Assembly: GCA_036013055.1 (NCBI GenBank)
Contig: DASCQM010000001.1
Location: 39,015 to 103,014, forward strand
DNA: 64,000 nucleotides
Source: Dehalococcoidia bacterium
GTDB taxonomy: Bacteria > Chloroflexota > Dehalococcoidia > UBA2979
Reading direction: 5' to 3'
A program made the translations under genes and the position numbers. Of this stretch, positions 31,367 through 41,018 are shown in pieces (the stretch's first letter is position 1; every line of letters starts with the position of its first letter). The notes beneath the pieces are model-generated. The model had not been told where the DNA came from. It searched no databases and saw only the letters and a program-made list of their open reading frames with translations.

Positions 31367-32119
31367 TCAGGATGCGGCCAGCGCTTCGAGCGCTTCCTCC
31401 GGGAAGTCCGCGTTCGAGAAGACGCGGGCGACATCGTCCAGCTCATCAAGCTTCTCAAGCAGGCGCAGCGTCTTCAGCGCGGCCGAGGCGTCGAGTTCAA
31501 GCGTCGTCTTCGGAAGCTGCGCCAGCTCGGCCTGTCCGACGTCGATGCCGGACTCGTCGAGCGCGCGCCGAACGAGTTCGAGCGATTCGCGTTCGGTGAT
31601 TACTTCGACTTGCTCGTCATCGGCCGAGACATCGAGCGCGCCCGCCTCGATTGCCGCGAGCTGCACCTCGTCGATGTCCGTGGTCGAAGCATCGATGGTG
31701 ATCACGCCGCGCATCTCGAACTGCCACGCAACGGCACCAGCGTCGGCCATGTTGCCTCCGCCGTTGGTGAAAGCGTTGCGAACCTCTGCCACGGTGCGAT
31801 TGCGGTTGTCCGTAACCGCCTCGACCAGCACCGCAGTGCCGCCGGGGCCATATCCCTCGTACGTCACCTCCGCGAGCGCGTCCCCGCCGCTGCCACCCGT
31901 GCCGCGCTGAATGGCGCGATCGATGTTGGCGTTGGGCATGTTGTTGTCTTTGGCACGCTGCACGGCCAGTCGCAGCCGTGAGTTCATGTCGGCGTCGCCG
32001 CCGCCTTCGCGGGCGGCCATGCTCACCTCACGGGCAAGCTTGGTGAAGAGCTGCCCACGCTTGGCGTCGGTCGCAGCCTTCTTGTGCTTGATCGATGACC
32101 ATTTTGAGTGACCGGACAC
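31367..32119 (-). CDS. yebC: YebC/PmpR family protein
   Basis: SGHSKWSSIKHKK, YEGYGPGG and TDNRNRT motifs. Confidence 0.96.
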   Translation of the reverse strand: MSGHSKWSSIKHKKAATDAKRGQLFTKLAREVSMAAREGGGDADMNSRLRLAVQRAKDNNMPNANIDRAIQRGTGGSGGDALAEVTYEGYGPGGTAVLVEAVTDNRNRTVAEVRNAFTNGGGNMADAGAVAWQFEMRGVITIDASTTDIDEVQLAAIEAGALDVSADDEQVEVITERESLELVRRALDESGIDVGQAELAQLPKTTLELDASAALKTLRLLEKLDELDDVARVFSNADFPEEALEALAAS

Positions 32120-32215
32120 TTCGCCTCCGTCTGCCACCTGCTGAATCTGCCACCATGCTAGCAGTGGCGATCGACAAGCGTGAAGCTCGGCCCCCACCCG
32201 CACACCACTACCGTG

Positions 32216-33058
32216 CTACGGAACGAGTGTGGTGTTGTCGATCAGCCGCGTCGCGCCGAAGCGGACCGCGAGCGAGAGCACCGCAGCGGCCTCCACCGTG
32301 CCCGTCAGCTCCTCGAGCGTCTCGCTGTCCGCAAGTGAGACGTAGTCGATGTCGGCGAGCGGCTGGGCTTCGATGCCGCTCCGCACCATGCCGCGCAACT
32401 CGTCGGGGTCACGCACGCCGTCGTCAAAGGCCGCCTCGGCTCGTCGCAGCCCGCCGGAGAGCGAGAGCGCCTGCTGGCGGTGCTCGTCTGAGAGATAGAC
32501 GTTCCGCGACGAGAGCGCGAGACCGTCTGGTTCGCGAATGATCGTGCAGCCGATGACCTCGATCGGCAGGTCGAGGTCACGCGTCATCGCCTGAATCACC
32601 CGCAGCTGCTGCGCGTCCTTCTCGCCGAAGTACGCACGGTCGGGTTGCACGATGTTGAAGAGCTTCGTCACGACCGTCGCGACACCGTCGAAGTGGCCGG
32701 GACGGTTCTCACCCTCGAGGCGCTCTGCGATACCGGAAAGCGTCACGACCGTGACCAGTCCCGCCGGGTATATCTCATCGACGGATGGCGCGAACACGAG
32801 ATCGACGCCGGCCTCCGCGAAGAGGGAGAGATCGCGTTCCTCGTCGCGCGGGTAACGCTCAAAGTCTTCGTTCGGTCCGAACTGCGTCGGATTGACGAAG
32901 AGCGAGGCGATCGTGATCGCGCACTGCTCGTTGGAACGAGCGACGAGCGAGAGGTGGCCTTCATGCAGGGCGCCCATCGTGGGCACGAGCCCGACGGGCG
33001 AGGTGGCCTCAATGCGAGCGGCGCGCATCTCCGCGATCGTGCGGACGATCTGCATCAC
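32216..33058 (-). CDS. panC: Pantoate--beta-alanine ligase
   Basis: VPTMGALHEGH, FVNPTQF, RPGHFDGV, FGEKDAQQ, GLALSSRN and RLIDN motifs. Confidence 0.97.
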   Translation of the reverse strand: MMQIVRTIAEMRAARIEATSPVGLVPTMGALHEGHLSLVARSNEQCAITIASLFVNPTQFGPNEDFERYPRDEERDLSLFAEAGVDLVFAPSVDEIYPAGLVTVVTLSGIAERLEGENRPGHFDGVATVVTKLFNIVQPDRAYFGEKDAQQLRVIQAMTRDLDLPIEVIGCTIIREPDGLALSSRNVYLSDEHRQQALSLSGGLRRAEAAFDDGVRDPDELRGMVRSGIEAQPLADIDYVSLADSETLEELTGTVEAAAVLSLAVRFGATRLIDNTTLVP

Positions 33059-33105
33059 CGTCGTGGTCCGTTCGCTCGCTGTCGCTGACTACTACGACTG
33101 ATCGA

Positions 33106-34059
33106 CTAACTGGCACCCTCGGTCGAGTCGGAATCGGAGACGACGCGCTCGATGATGTCGCCGTCAGCGTCCCACTCGGCAAGCACCTCGGCGGCATCAC
33201 TCAGGTCGTCGGACGGGCTGGCGGTCATGCGCTCGATCAGCGCAAGCGCCCGCTCGTCCATGTAGTTCGACTCGGCGGCCGTCGGGAATTCGCCCGCCTC
33301 AACCTGCTCGCGGTACTCGGTGATCGCGTTCCGGATCAGGTCGCCACCCTCGATAAAACGACGTGCGTGCTTCGGCTTGAAGTCCTGGTAGAGCCCGAGC
33401 ATGTCGTGCAGCACCTGCACCTGACCGCTGCAGAAGGGCCCGGCGCCGATGCCGATCGTCGGCACCCTCAGGCGCTGCGTGATCATGTGGGAGAGCGCCG
33501 TCGGCACCGTCTCAAGCACGACCGAGTACGCGCCGGCATCTTCGAGCGCCTTCGCGTCGCCGATCACGCTCACGGCCTCGCGCGGGGTCTTGCCCTGCAC
33601 CTTCCACCCGCCGACGGTGTTCACCGACTGCGGCGTGAGGCCGACGTGGCCCATCACGGGGATGCCCGCTTCCACGAGCTTGTGCACGGTCTCGGCGACG
33701 CGCACGCCGCCCTCGAGCTTCACTGAACCGCAGCCGGTCTCCTTCATGATGCGGGCGGCGTTGCGCAGGGCGTCCTGCCAGCCGGTCTGGTACGAGCCGA
33801 AGGGCATATCGACGACGACATGCGCGCGCTCGCTACCGCGCACGACCGCCTTGCCGTGGTGGATCATCTCATCGACGGTGACGGGTAGCGTTGAGTCATA
33901 GCCGAGCACGACCATGCCGAGCGTGTCGCCAACGAGCAGGATCGGGATACCCGCCTGATCCGCCAGCTTCGCCGTCGGATAATCGTATGCCGTAAGCATT
34001 GTGATGCGCTGATCTCTGTCCCGCATTCGCTGCAGGGCCGTGACGGAAACTCGCTTCAT
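33106..34059 (-). CDS. panB: 3-methyl-2-oxobutanoate hydroxymethyltransferase
   Basis: MLTAYDY, LVGDTLGM, DMPFGSY, VKLEGG, GHVGLTPQ and IGIGAG motifs. Confidence 0.97.
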   Translation of the reverse strand: MKRVSVTALQRMRDRDQRITMLTAYDYPTAKLADQAGIPILLVGDTLGMVVLGYDSTLPVTVDEMIHHGKAVVRGSERAHVVVDMPFGSYQTGWQDALRNAARIMKETGCGSVKLEGGVRVAETVHKLVEAGIPVMGHVGLTPQSVNTVGGWKVQGKTPREAVSVIGDAKALEDAGAYSVVLETVPTALSHMITQRLRVPTIGIGAGPFCSGQVQVLHDMLGLYQDFKPKHARRFIEGGDLIRNAITEYREQVEAGEFPTAAESNYMDERALALIERMTASPSDDLSDAAEVLAEWDADGDIIERVVSDSDSTEGAS

Positions 34060-34454
34060 CGCTGCACCTCCGCTGAAACTACGCTCGACGTTGGACTCGC
34101 TCCTGGACTTTCAGTGATCCGATTCTGCTCGTTGACATGCACGAGCGCCGGATGATGATCAGCGATCTGGTCGTTGGGAACTGTCTCGTAGTTCACAATG
34201 ATCACCTTGTCACCGGGCTGTACAAGGTGGGCGGCCGCACCATTGATGCGAATCTCGCCGGACCCGGCCGGGGCGACGATCGCATAGGTCTCCAGTCGCG
34301 CGCCGTTCGTCACATCGAGCACGTGCACGTGCTCCCACTCGGCGATGCCGGCGGCGTCCATCAGCGCCTCGTCGATAGAGACCGAGCCCTCGTACTCAAG
34401 GTCGGCTCCGGTCACCGTCGCCCGGTGGATCTTCCCTCGCAGCATGGAGCGCAT
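34056..34454 (-). CDS. panD: Aspartate 1-decarboxylase
   Basis: KIHRATVT, YEGS self-cleavage site, NGARLETY and NGAAAH motifs. Confidence 0.96.
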   Translation of the reverse strand: MRSMLRGKIHRATVTGADLEYEGSVSIDEALMDAAGIAEWEHVHVLDVTNGARLETYAIVAPAGSGEIRINGAAAHLVQPGDKVIIVNYETVPNDQIADHHPALVHVNEQNRITESPGASPTSSVVSAEVQR

Positions 34455-34470
34455 CAGGACACACCCCCGG

Positions 34471-34620
34471 ACACAAAGGCACCTCGGACACGCCGAGGTG
34501 TGGTTGAGTTCATCTCTGTCATATGCCCCTCCGTCTCGGTCACAAGGATCCAAGCGGTGCGTCTGGGGAGTCGTTGCCCTCTCGTCAAATTGCCTGACCG
34601 CCTGATAGGTCGATCCGGCT
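34471..34620 (-). promoter_or_regulatory. pan RNA motif-like structured leader of panDBC
   Basis: Two hairpins with unpaired A residues (34619-34592 and 34557-34531), then the hairpin CACCTCGG-CGTGT-CCGAGGTG with a CCTTTGTGT tail. Confidence 0.65.
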
Positions 34621-34625
34621 GCCTC

Positions 34626-34654
34626 AGTATTAGGTTCGCGCCGAGGCCTGTCAA
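34626..34654 (-). promoter_or_regulatory. Sigma70-type promoter of panDBC
   Basis: TTGACA (34654-34649), 17 nt, AATACT (34631-34626). Confidence 0.7.
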
Positions 34655-34679
34655 CGACCCTGCAGCCGGGAAGAATCCG

Positions 34680-35696
34680 CTACCGCGCTACGGCGGCCCA
34701 TTCGCTCGCGGACGGCACACCAGCGAGGCCGGTCGCGAGCTGAACGCCGCGCAGTAGCGCGCGCTCGACCGCTCGCGTCGCCATCGCTTCGAGCGCTGTG
34801 CCGCCGGGCCGCTCGACCTCCACCTCGCCCGTCGCGAGCACGAAGATCGCGTCCCCGTCGCCGCCGGTATGCGCGGGCCAGGTGGTGCGGGCGAAACCGT
34901 CATGGCAGACCGTCGCCAGCCGATTCGCCTGCGGCTTGGTGAGCCGAGCGTTTGTCGCCACGACGGCCAGCGTCGTGTTCTCCGGGCCGGGCGTTGCGGC
35001 CTCGCCTTTGACTTCCTCGTCGTCCCGAGGCCAGGCGCGGCCGGTACGCAAGTGCGCGTCCAGATCGATGAAGCCCGAGCCATCCGCACGAGGGGCCGCG
35101 ACGACCTCGCCGGTCTGCGGATCGCGGATCGAGCCGCCGGCGTTCACCGCGACGATCGCGCCCGCGATGATGCCCGTATCCAGCACCTCGCTTGCGGTGC
35201 CAATGCCGCCCTTGAGAATGCGGTCGCGCCCGGCGCTCTTCGCTACCGTCGCTCCGGTGCCCGCGCCGACCGAGCCCTCGGCGACGCGCCCGCTCGTCGC
35301 GCGCTGCGCGGCACGGTAGCCCGCGGCCGCGTCGGGCCGTCGCGGCAGGCCGATGCCGAGGTCGAAGAGGTTCGCCGCGGGAACGATCGGAACAACCGAG
35401 CCGCCGAATGCGAAGCCGGAGCCGTTCTCCTCGAGGAACCGCATCACGCCGCCCGCAGCATCGAGCCCAAAGGCCGACCCGCCGGTCAGCATCACCGCAT
35501 GCACCTGATCGACGAGGTTCTCGGACCGCAGCAGGTCAGTCTCGCGGGTGCCGGGTGCGGCACCACGAACATCGACGCCGCCCATCACACCGGCCATCGA
35601 GAGCACGACGGTGCAGCCTGTGGCCGCGCGACGATTCGTCCAGTGACCAACCTTGATCCCGGGGACGTCCGTGATCGCGTCGCGAAGTGTCGCCAC
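34680..35696 (-). CDS. P1 (S58 / DmpA-like) peptidase
   Basis: ITDVPGIKVGH, RGAAPGTRETD, GGSAFGL, GAGTGA, ENTTL and DGDAIF motifs. Confidence 0.9.
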   Translation of the reverse strand: MATLRDAITDVPGIKVGHWTNRRAATGCTVVLSMAGVMGGVDVRGAAPGTRETDLLRSENLVDQVHAVMLTGGSAFGLDAAGGVMRFLEENGSGFAFGGSVVPIVPAANLFDLGIGLPRRPDAAAGYRAAQRATSGRVAEGSVGAGTGATVAKSAGRDRILKGGIGTASEVLDTGIIAGAIVAVNAGGSIRDPQTGEVVAAPRADGSGFIDLDAHLRTGRAWPRDDEEVKGEAATPGPENTTLAVVATNARLTKPQANRLATVCHDGFARTTWPAHTGGDGDAIFVLATGEVEVERPGGTALEAMATRAVERALLRGVQLATGLAGVPSASEWAAVAR

Positions 35697-35698
35697 CG

Positions 35699-36601
35699 CT
35701 ACCCCGCTGCGGTTACGAGCACTCGACGCGGGACCGCCTCATCGATGAATGCGAGACAGCGCGCCAGGTATCGGTCCGGGTCATCGACGTAGGTGCGGCA
35801 GTGCTCGCCACCATCGACGACCCATGTCTCGACCTGCTCGTTGAGCGTCGAAGCGGCCACGTTCAGCGTCTGCGCAACGGGGACCTCCGAGTCGGCGGTG
35901 CCGTGTACGAGCAGTACTGGTATCGCGCCGACATCGTTGATCGCGCGCTGCGGCGACAGTGCGTTGACGTCGGCACGATAGATGCTGCGCGCGACCCAGC
36001 AGGCGGAGGTAAACATCCAGTTCGGCAGGTGGTGCCAGTGGAATCGCAGTTGCTCACGTGCCGAACTGGCCGGCGAGTCGGCGATCACCGCGTCGGCAGG
36101 TGCGCCGGCCGCGACCGCCGAGATCGCGAGCGATCCGCCGAGGCCGAAGCCGTGGAGGATCAGCGGCAGTCCGATCACGCGCCCGCGCACGTAGGCGATC
36201 GCGACGGCCACGTCGCGCTGCTCGGTGCTGCCGAGATGGTTGCGCGCGCCGCTCGATTCGCCGCGCCCACGCAGGTCGAAGGCGAAAACGTTGAAGCCTC
36301 GCCGCACGTAATCGCTCTGCAGTGAGAGCAGGCCGATGCCGGGGTCGGCACGTGTCCCCGCGCTGTCGTGAATCAGGATCACCGTGGCCCGTGCGCCCGG
36401 AGAATCGAGGAACCAACCGCGAAGGATGATCCCGTCGGGCGCGAGCAGTTGGACGTCCTCGAAACGCAGGCCCATCACCTCGGGCGTGCCCTCGACGCGA
36501 CGGCGGCGCGAGCGTGTGAACCGCTCGGCGACGTACAGCGTGACCACGCCGTAAACGAGGGCAACAGACGCGACGGCTCCGACCATGAGCCACACGGTCA
36601 T
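35699..36601 (-). CDS. Membrane-anchored alpha/beta hydrolase-fold protein lacking the nucleophile Ser
   Basis: DGIILRGWF, FDLRGRGES and LLVHGTADSEVP motifs; the nucleophile elbow reads GFGLGG. Confidence 0.8.
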   Translation of the reverse strand: MTVWLMVGAVASVALVYGVVTLYVAERFTRSRRRRVEGTPEVMGLRFEDVQLLAPDGIILRGWFLDSPGARATVILIHDSAGTRADPGIGLLSLQSDYVRRGFNVFAFDLRGRGESSGARNHLGSTEQRDVAVAIAYVRGRVIGLPLILHGFGLGGSLAISAVAAGAPADAVIADSPASSAREQLRFHWHHLPNWMFTSACWVARSIYRADVNALSPQRAINDVGAIPVLLVHGTADSEVPVAQTLNVAASTLNEQVETWVVDGGEHCRTYVDDPDRYLARCLAFIDEAVPRRVLVTAAG

Positions 36602-36685
36602 CGCTGAGTTACTCGGAGTTTGCCCGCCACAGTAGGAAGACCGTAACAACCTCGGTCGCATTCCGACAACCGCAGCGACGCGTGC

Positions 36686-37258
36686 TCAGACCAGCGCGAA
36701 CACGAAGGCGGCGACCCCGAAGGCGATGAACAGCAGCCCGGCAGCTCGCGCCATTAGGCGGCGAGGAACCCGCGTCAAGAACGATCCACCGATGATCACC
36801 GCCAGCCCATCGACGACGATCATGCCGGTCGTCGCACCGAACCAGACGCCGACGCGATCGGATGGATTCGTGCTCGAGAGCGAGAGCGCAGCGACCTGTG
36901 TCTTGTCGCCAAGCTCCGACGCGAAGAGTGTCGCGGCGAGCGCGAACATGACGAGCAGGCCCGATCGACCACCCGCCGTGATCTCTTCCTCTTCCTCGTC
37001 GTCGTCGTGCATCGCCCAGATGCCGAAGCCGATAAAGAGCAGACCCGAGAAGATCGCGACCTGCTGCTCAGTTAGCAGCAGGTCGACGGCACCGCCCGCG
37101 AGTACGGCCAGCGCCATGATCAGCGACGCCTCGATTGAGAGCGCGACCATCACCTGCACGGCGCCGTAGCGAGGGGCCAGGATCATCGCCATCAGCATCG
37201 ACTTATCGCCGAGCTCCGCAACGACGACGAGAGCAAATGTTGCCCACAGTGCCGTCAC
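36686..37258 (-). CDS. TMEM165/GDT1 (UPF0016) family cation transporter
   Basis: Two ELGDKS / ELGDKT motifs. GTG 37258 overlaps the mutM stop. Confidence 0.92.
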   Translation of the reverse strand: MTALWATFALVVVAELGDKSMLMAMILAPRYGAVQVMVALSIEASLIMALAVLAGGAVDLLLTEQQVAIFSGLLFIGFGIWAMHDDDEEEEEITAGGRSGLLVMFALAATLFASELGDKTQVAALSLSSTNPSDRVGVWFGATTGMIVVDGLAVIIGGSFLTRVPRRLMARAAGLLFIAFGVAAFVFALV

Positions 37259-38076
37259 CGGCGCTGGCACCCCGGGCAGAAGTGCGTGCCACGCCCGACG
37301 ACGCGGGTCTTTCGAATTTCCCGCCCACAGCGCTCGCACGGTTCGCCGTCGCGACGAAAGACGTGCCACCGCACCTGGTGCAGGCCGGACTCCCCTGCCC
37401 CGTCGCGGTAGTCGGAGAACGTTGAGCCGCGATCGTCGAGTGCGTCGTTCAGCGTCTGCACGATCGCCGTGTGCAGTCGCGCGATGCGCTTCGGCCCCAG
37501 CCGCTGCGCGCTGGTGCGCGGGTCGATGCCGGCGAACCAGCACGCCTCGTCGGCGTAGATATTGCCGACGCCCGCCGCCACCTTCTGGTCGAGCAACACC
37601 GCTTTCACTGCGGTACTGCGACGGCTGAGCTGATTACGTAGCCAAGCGAGATCGAATTCGACTGAGAGCGCATCGGGGCCACTATGCGGCATCGCGTCGG
37701 TAGCGTCCTCAAGCAGGTGCCAGGTGCCGAACTTACGCATGTCGTTGAAACGCATCGACGTGCCGTCGTCGAAGTCGACGCGCGCTCGCTCGAATCTCGC
37801 GGGCTCAGCGGCCGCGGGCAGGTGCACCAGCGAGCCGGTCATGCGCAGGTGCAGCACCCACGTCCGCTCGTCGTCGAGCTCCGCGAGCAGGTACTTGCCG
37901 TGCCGACGCAGCGCGGCGATGCGACGCCCGACGAGCTGCCGTTCGAGGTCCCGCGGCGCGTGTGTAACCGCCAGCCGTTCCGCGCCACCGGCGATGGAGG
38001 CAGCGGTGATCGTGCGCCCCACGATGAGCGGTTCGAGGTCGCGTCGGATCGTCTCGACCTCGGGTAGCTCAGGCAT
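37255..38076 (-). CDS. mutM: Formamidopyrimidine-DNA glycosylase
   Basis: MPELPEVE, RHGKYL, HLRMTG, GVGNIYADE and a C-terminal CERC...CPGCQ zinc finger. Confidence 0.97.
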   Translation of the reverse strand: MPELPEVETIRRDLEPLIVGRTITAASIAGGAERLAVTHAPRDLERQLVGRRIAALRRHGKYLLAELDDERTWVLHLRMTGSLVHLPAAAEPARFERARVDFDDGTSMRFNDMRKFGTWHLLEDATDAMPHSGPDALSVEFDLAWLRNQLSRRSTAVKAVLLDQKVAAGVGNIYADEACWFAGIDPRTSAQRLGPKRIARLHTAIVQTLNDALDDRGSTFSDYRDGAGESGLHQVRWHVFRRDGEPCERCGREIRKTRVVGRGTHFCPGCQRR

Positions 38077-38103
38077 GACCGGGGCCTCCGACGGTGGCGG
38101 CGA

Positions 38104-40947
38104 CTATTCGAGTTCGCCCCAGGATGCGCCCCACTTCTCGTCGAGTTCCAGCGGGACCGCGAGTTCGATCGATGGCATCAGACGCTGCGCGATCTCGCGT
38201 ACGTCTTCCAGTTCATTGCTCGGTAGCTCGAAGATCAGCTCGTCGTGGACCTGCAGCACCATGCGTGCGAGCTTGCCCTTCTCTTGCCGCTCGGTCAGTT
38301 CGGCGTCGATGTTGTTCATCGCGATCTTGATGATGTCGGCGGCCGTGCCCTGGATCGGCATGTTGATCGCGATTCGCTCGGCCGCCATCTGACGGTTGCG
38401 ATTGCTCGACCGCAGATCTGTGATGTAGCGCCGCCGCCCGGTCATCGTCTCGGCATAGCCGCGCGCCTTCGCCTCGTCGACGACCTGATCGCGCCAGCCC
38501 GCCACAGCGGGGTACGCCTCGAAGTAGCCCGCGATGAACTGGTCGGCCTCATCGCGCGGGATACCCTCGCGCTGGGAGAGACCGAAGGCGGTCAGCCCGT
38601 AGAGCACCCCGAAGTTGAAGACCTTCGCCCGGCGGCGCATCTCACTCGTCACCTCGTCGAGCGGCACGTCGAAGATGCGCGCGCTCGTCGCGGCGTGGAT
38701 GTCCTCGCCGCGGTCGAAGGCGGCGCGCAGCTCTGCATCGCCGCAGATGTGCGCCAGTACCCGCAGCTCGATCTGCGAGTAGTCGACGGAGAGCAGCAGC
38801 GGGTCCTTGCCGCAGTCGCGCGCGACGAACGCACGACGCACCACGCCGCCGGTCTCGCCACGGACCGGGATGTTCTGCAGGTTCGGGTCGTTCGACGCGA
38901 GCCGGCCGGTCGCCGCCGTCACCTGCGAGAACACGGAGTGGACGCGATCGGTTCGCGGGTTCACCTGCTGCGGCAGCGTATCGACGTACGTCGACTTGAT
39001 CTTGGTCAGCTCGCGCCACTCCAGCACGGCCTCGACAGCGGGATGCACATGCTTCAGCGGCTCCAGCGCGTTCGCGTCGGTCGTGTAGCCGGTCTTCGTC
39101 TTCCGCGTCTTGGGCAGCTCCAACTCCTCGAAGAGTACGAGCGAGAGCTGCAGCGGCGACCCGATCTGGAACTCATGCCCGACCGAGTCAAAAACAGCCT
39201 TCTCAGCTCGCTCGATGCCCTCGACGAGCTCCTCGTCCAGTTGCTCTAGCACCGGCACGTCGAGCGCGAGGCCCTGACGCTCCATGCGCGCGAGCACGCT
39301 GATGTGCGGCATATCGATATCACTGAAGACCTCGTCGACGCCGCCGGCCTCCATCTCCTCGACGAGCTCGTCGGCGAGCCGCAGTGCGAGGTCAGCGCCA
39401 CCGGTCACGAGCTGCGCGCAGTCCTCTGGCGTCGTGCGCGAGTACGGGATCGCCTTGCGGCCCGTGCCGAGCAACTCCTTCGGTTCGATCAGTTCCTGCC
39501 CCAGCCGCTCGAAGGCGGCGGCACGCACGGTGACGTTCGAGTCGCCGAGCAGATAGGCCGCGACCATCGTGTCGATGTCGACATCGAAGGTGAAGCCGCC
39601 CTCCGCCTCGGCGAACGCGACCTCGGCCGCCTTTGCGTTGTGCGCGACACGCTTCAGCTTTGCATCGGTGAAGAGCGGCTTGATCGCGGCGAGCGCATCG
39701 ACGGCGGCGAGCTGCTTCAGCAGCGGCAGCGGCTCGGGAGCGTCGACGACCATCTCCTGCTGCCCCTCGATCGGTGGCGGCGGCTCCTGCGTGTGTCCGA
39801 ACGGGACGTACCAGCCCTTCGACGTCTCGGTCGAGATGCCGATGCCGACGAGCGAGTCGGCGGCGCGCATCGGATGCGGATCGTCGGCGACGACCTCGAA
39901 GGCGAATCGTCCGGCCTTGCGCACGGCGCTGACCATCGACTTCAGTGCGGTCTTGGTCGTCACGACCTGGTACTCGCGGACCTCGTCGGTCGGCGACTCA
40001 GTGCGCTCCCGATCCTGTCGGTCAGCGCCGTCGTCGGAGTGGCGAGGCAGGCGGGTGACGAGCGAGCGGAATTCCATCTCACGGAAGAACTCCAGCACCG
40101 CGTCGCGGTCGTAGTCGTGGACGATCGAAGCATCGAGATCGAGAGCGACCTCGGGAACTTCGCGCACGATCGTCGCCATCATCTTCGAGTGGACCGCGTC
40201 GTCACGTCCGGCGGCGAGCGCCTTCTGCGCACGCGGTGGCTTCAGTTCGTCGACGTGGTCGAGCATCGATTCCAGCGTGCCCCACTGCTCGATCAGTGCC
40301 TTGGCGCCCTTCTCTCCGATGCCCTTCACGCCCGCGATGTTGTCCGAGTTGTCACCGACCAGCGCCTTGTAATCGCGAATCTGGTCCGGGCTGAATCCCC
40401 AGCGCTCATGCACCTTCGCGTCGTCGTACATCACGTAATCGTGCTGGTAGGGCCGATACATGTAGACCTGCACGCCGGGCTCGACGAGCTGCACCATGTC
40501 GTTGTCCATCGTCATCACGACTGCGGGCACGCCCTGCGCCGCAGCCTGCGTGACGAGCGTGCCGACGACATCATCCGCCTCGTAACCCGGCGCCTCGACC
40601 ACGGGGATGCGGAAGGCGTTCAGCAGCTCGCGCACGCGGTCGATCTGCGATGGCAGGTCATCGGGAATGGGAGGGCGGGTTGCCTTGTAGGCCTCGTCGG
40701 CCTCGTGGCGGAACGTCGGACCCTTCGCATCCCACGCCGCGATTACGTGCGTCGGCGAGAGCGCCTCCAGGACGTACAGCAGCGTATTCGCGTAGCCGAA
40801 GACCGCCCACACGGGCTCGCCGCTGCGACGCGCCGTGAGCGTGTCTCGCATCGCGTAGTAGGAGCGGAAGATGAGGCCGTGCGAGTCGAGAATGAGAAGC
40901 AGGGGCTTCTCTTCGGAACCTGTTTTCGAGTTCGATTTCGCCGCCAC
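38104..40947 (-). CDS. polA: DNA polymerase I
   Basis: 5' nuclease (YKATR, GYEADD, GDNSDNI) and polymerase motifs TGRLASNDPNLQNIP, DYSQIELR, KVFNFGVLYG and QVHDEL. Confidence 0.98.
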   Translation of the reverse strand: MAAKSNSKTGSEEKPLLLILDSHGLIFRSYYAMRDTLTARRSGEPVWAVFGYANTLLYVLEALSPTHVIAAWDAKGPTFRHEADEAYKATRPPIPDDLPSQIDRVRELLNAFRIPVVEAPGYEADDVVGTLVTQAAAQGVPAVVMTMDNDMVQLVEPGVQVYMYRPYQHDYVMYDDAKVHERWGFSPDQIRDYKALVGDNSDNIAGVKGIGEKGAKALIEQWGTLESMLDHVDELKPPRAQKALAAGRDDAVHSKMMATIVREVPEVALDLDASIVHDYDRDAVLEFFREMEFRSLVTRLPRHSDDGADRQDRERTESPTDEVREYQVVTTKTALKSMVSAVRKAGRFAFEVVADDPHPMRAADSLVGIGISTETSKGWYVPFGHTQEPPPPIEGQQEMVVDAPEPLPLLKQLAAVDALAAIKPLFTDAKLKRVAHNAKAAEVAFAEAEGGFTFDVDIDTMVAAYLLGDSNVTVRAAAFERLGQELIEPKELLGTGRKAIPYSRTTPEDCAQLVTGGADLALRLADELVEEMEAGGVDEVFSDIDMPHISVLARMERQGLALDVPVLEQLDEELVEGIERAEKAVFDSVGHEFQIGSPLQLSLVLFEELELPKTRKTKTGYTTDANALEPLKHVHPAVEAVLEWRELTKIKSTYVDTLPQQVNPRTDRVHSVFSQVTAATGRLASNDPNLQNIPVRGETGGVVRRAFVARDCGKDPLLLSVDYSQIELRVLAHICGDAELRAAFDRGEDIHAATSARIFDVPLDEVTSEMRRRAKVFNFGVLYGLTAFGLSQREGIPRDEADQFIAGYFEAYPAVAGWRDQVVDEAKARGYAETMTGRRRYITDLRSSNRNRQMAAERIAINMPIQGTAADIIKIAMNNIDAELTERQEKGKLARMVLQVHDELIFELPSNELEDVREIAQRLMPSIELAVPLELDEKWGASWGELE

Positions 40948-41018
40948 GAACGCAGTATAGTCACCCAGTCGCCCCCACCCACAATCCCTAGCGGCCCAGC
41001 GATCGTAGAATCTCCCGA

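Noticed and set aside
30218-32119. yebC-ruvC-ruvA without an adjacent ruvB
   Set aside because: ruvB is often unlinked, and its absence cannot be judged from one window.
39560-39920. Degenerate 3'-5' exonuclease motif in PolA (FAFEVVADD)
   Set aside because: Loss of proofreading residues is common in bacterial Pol I.
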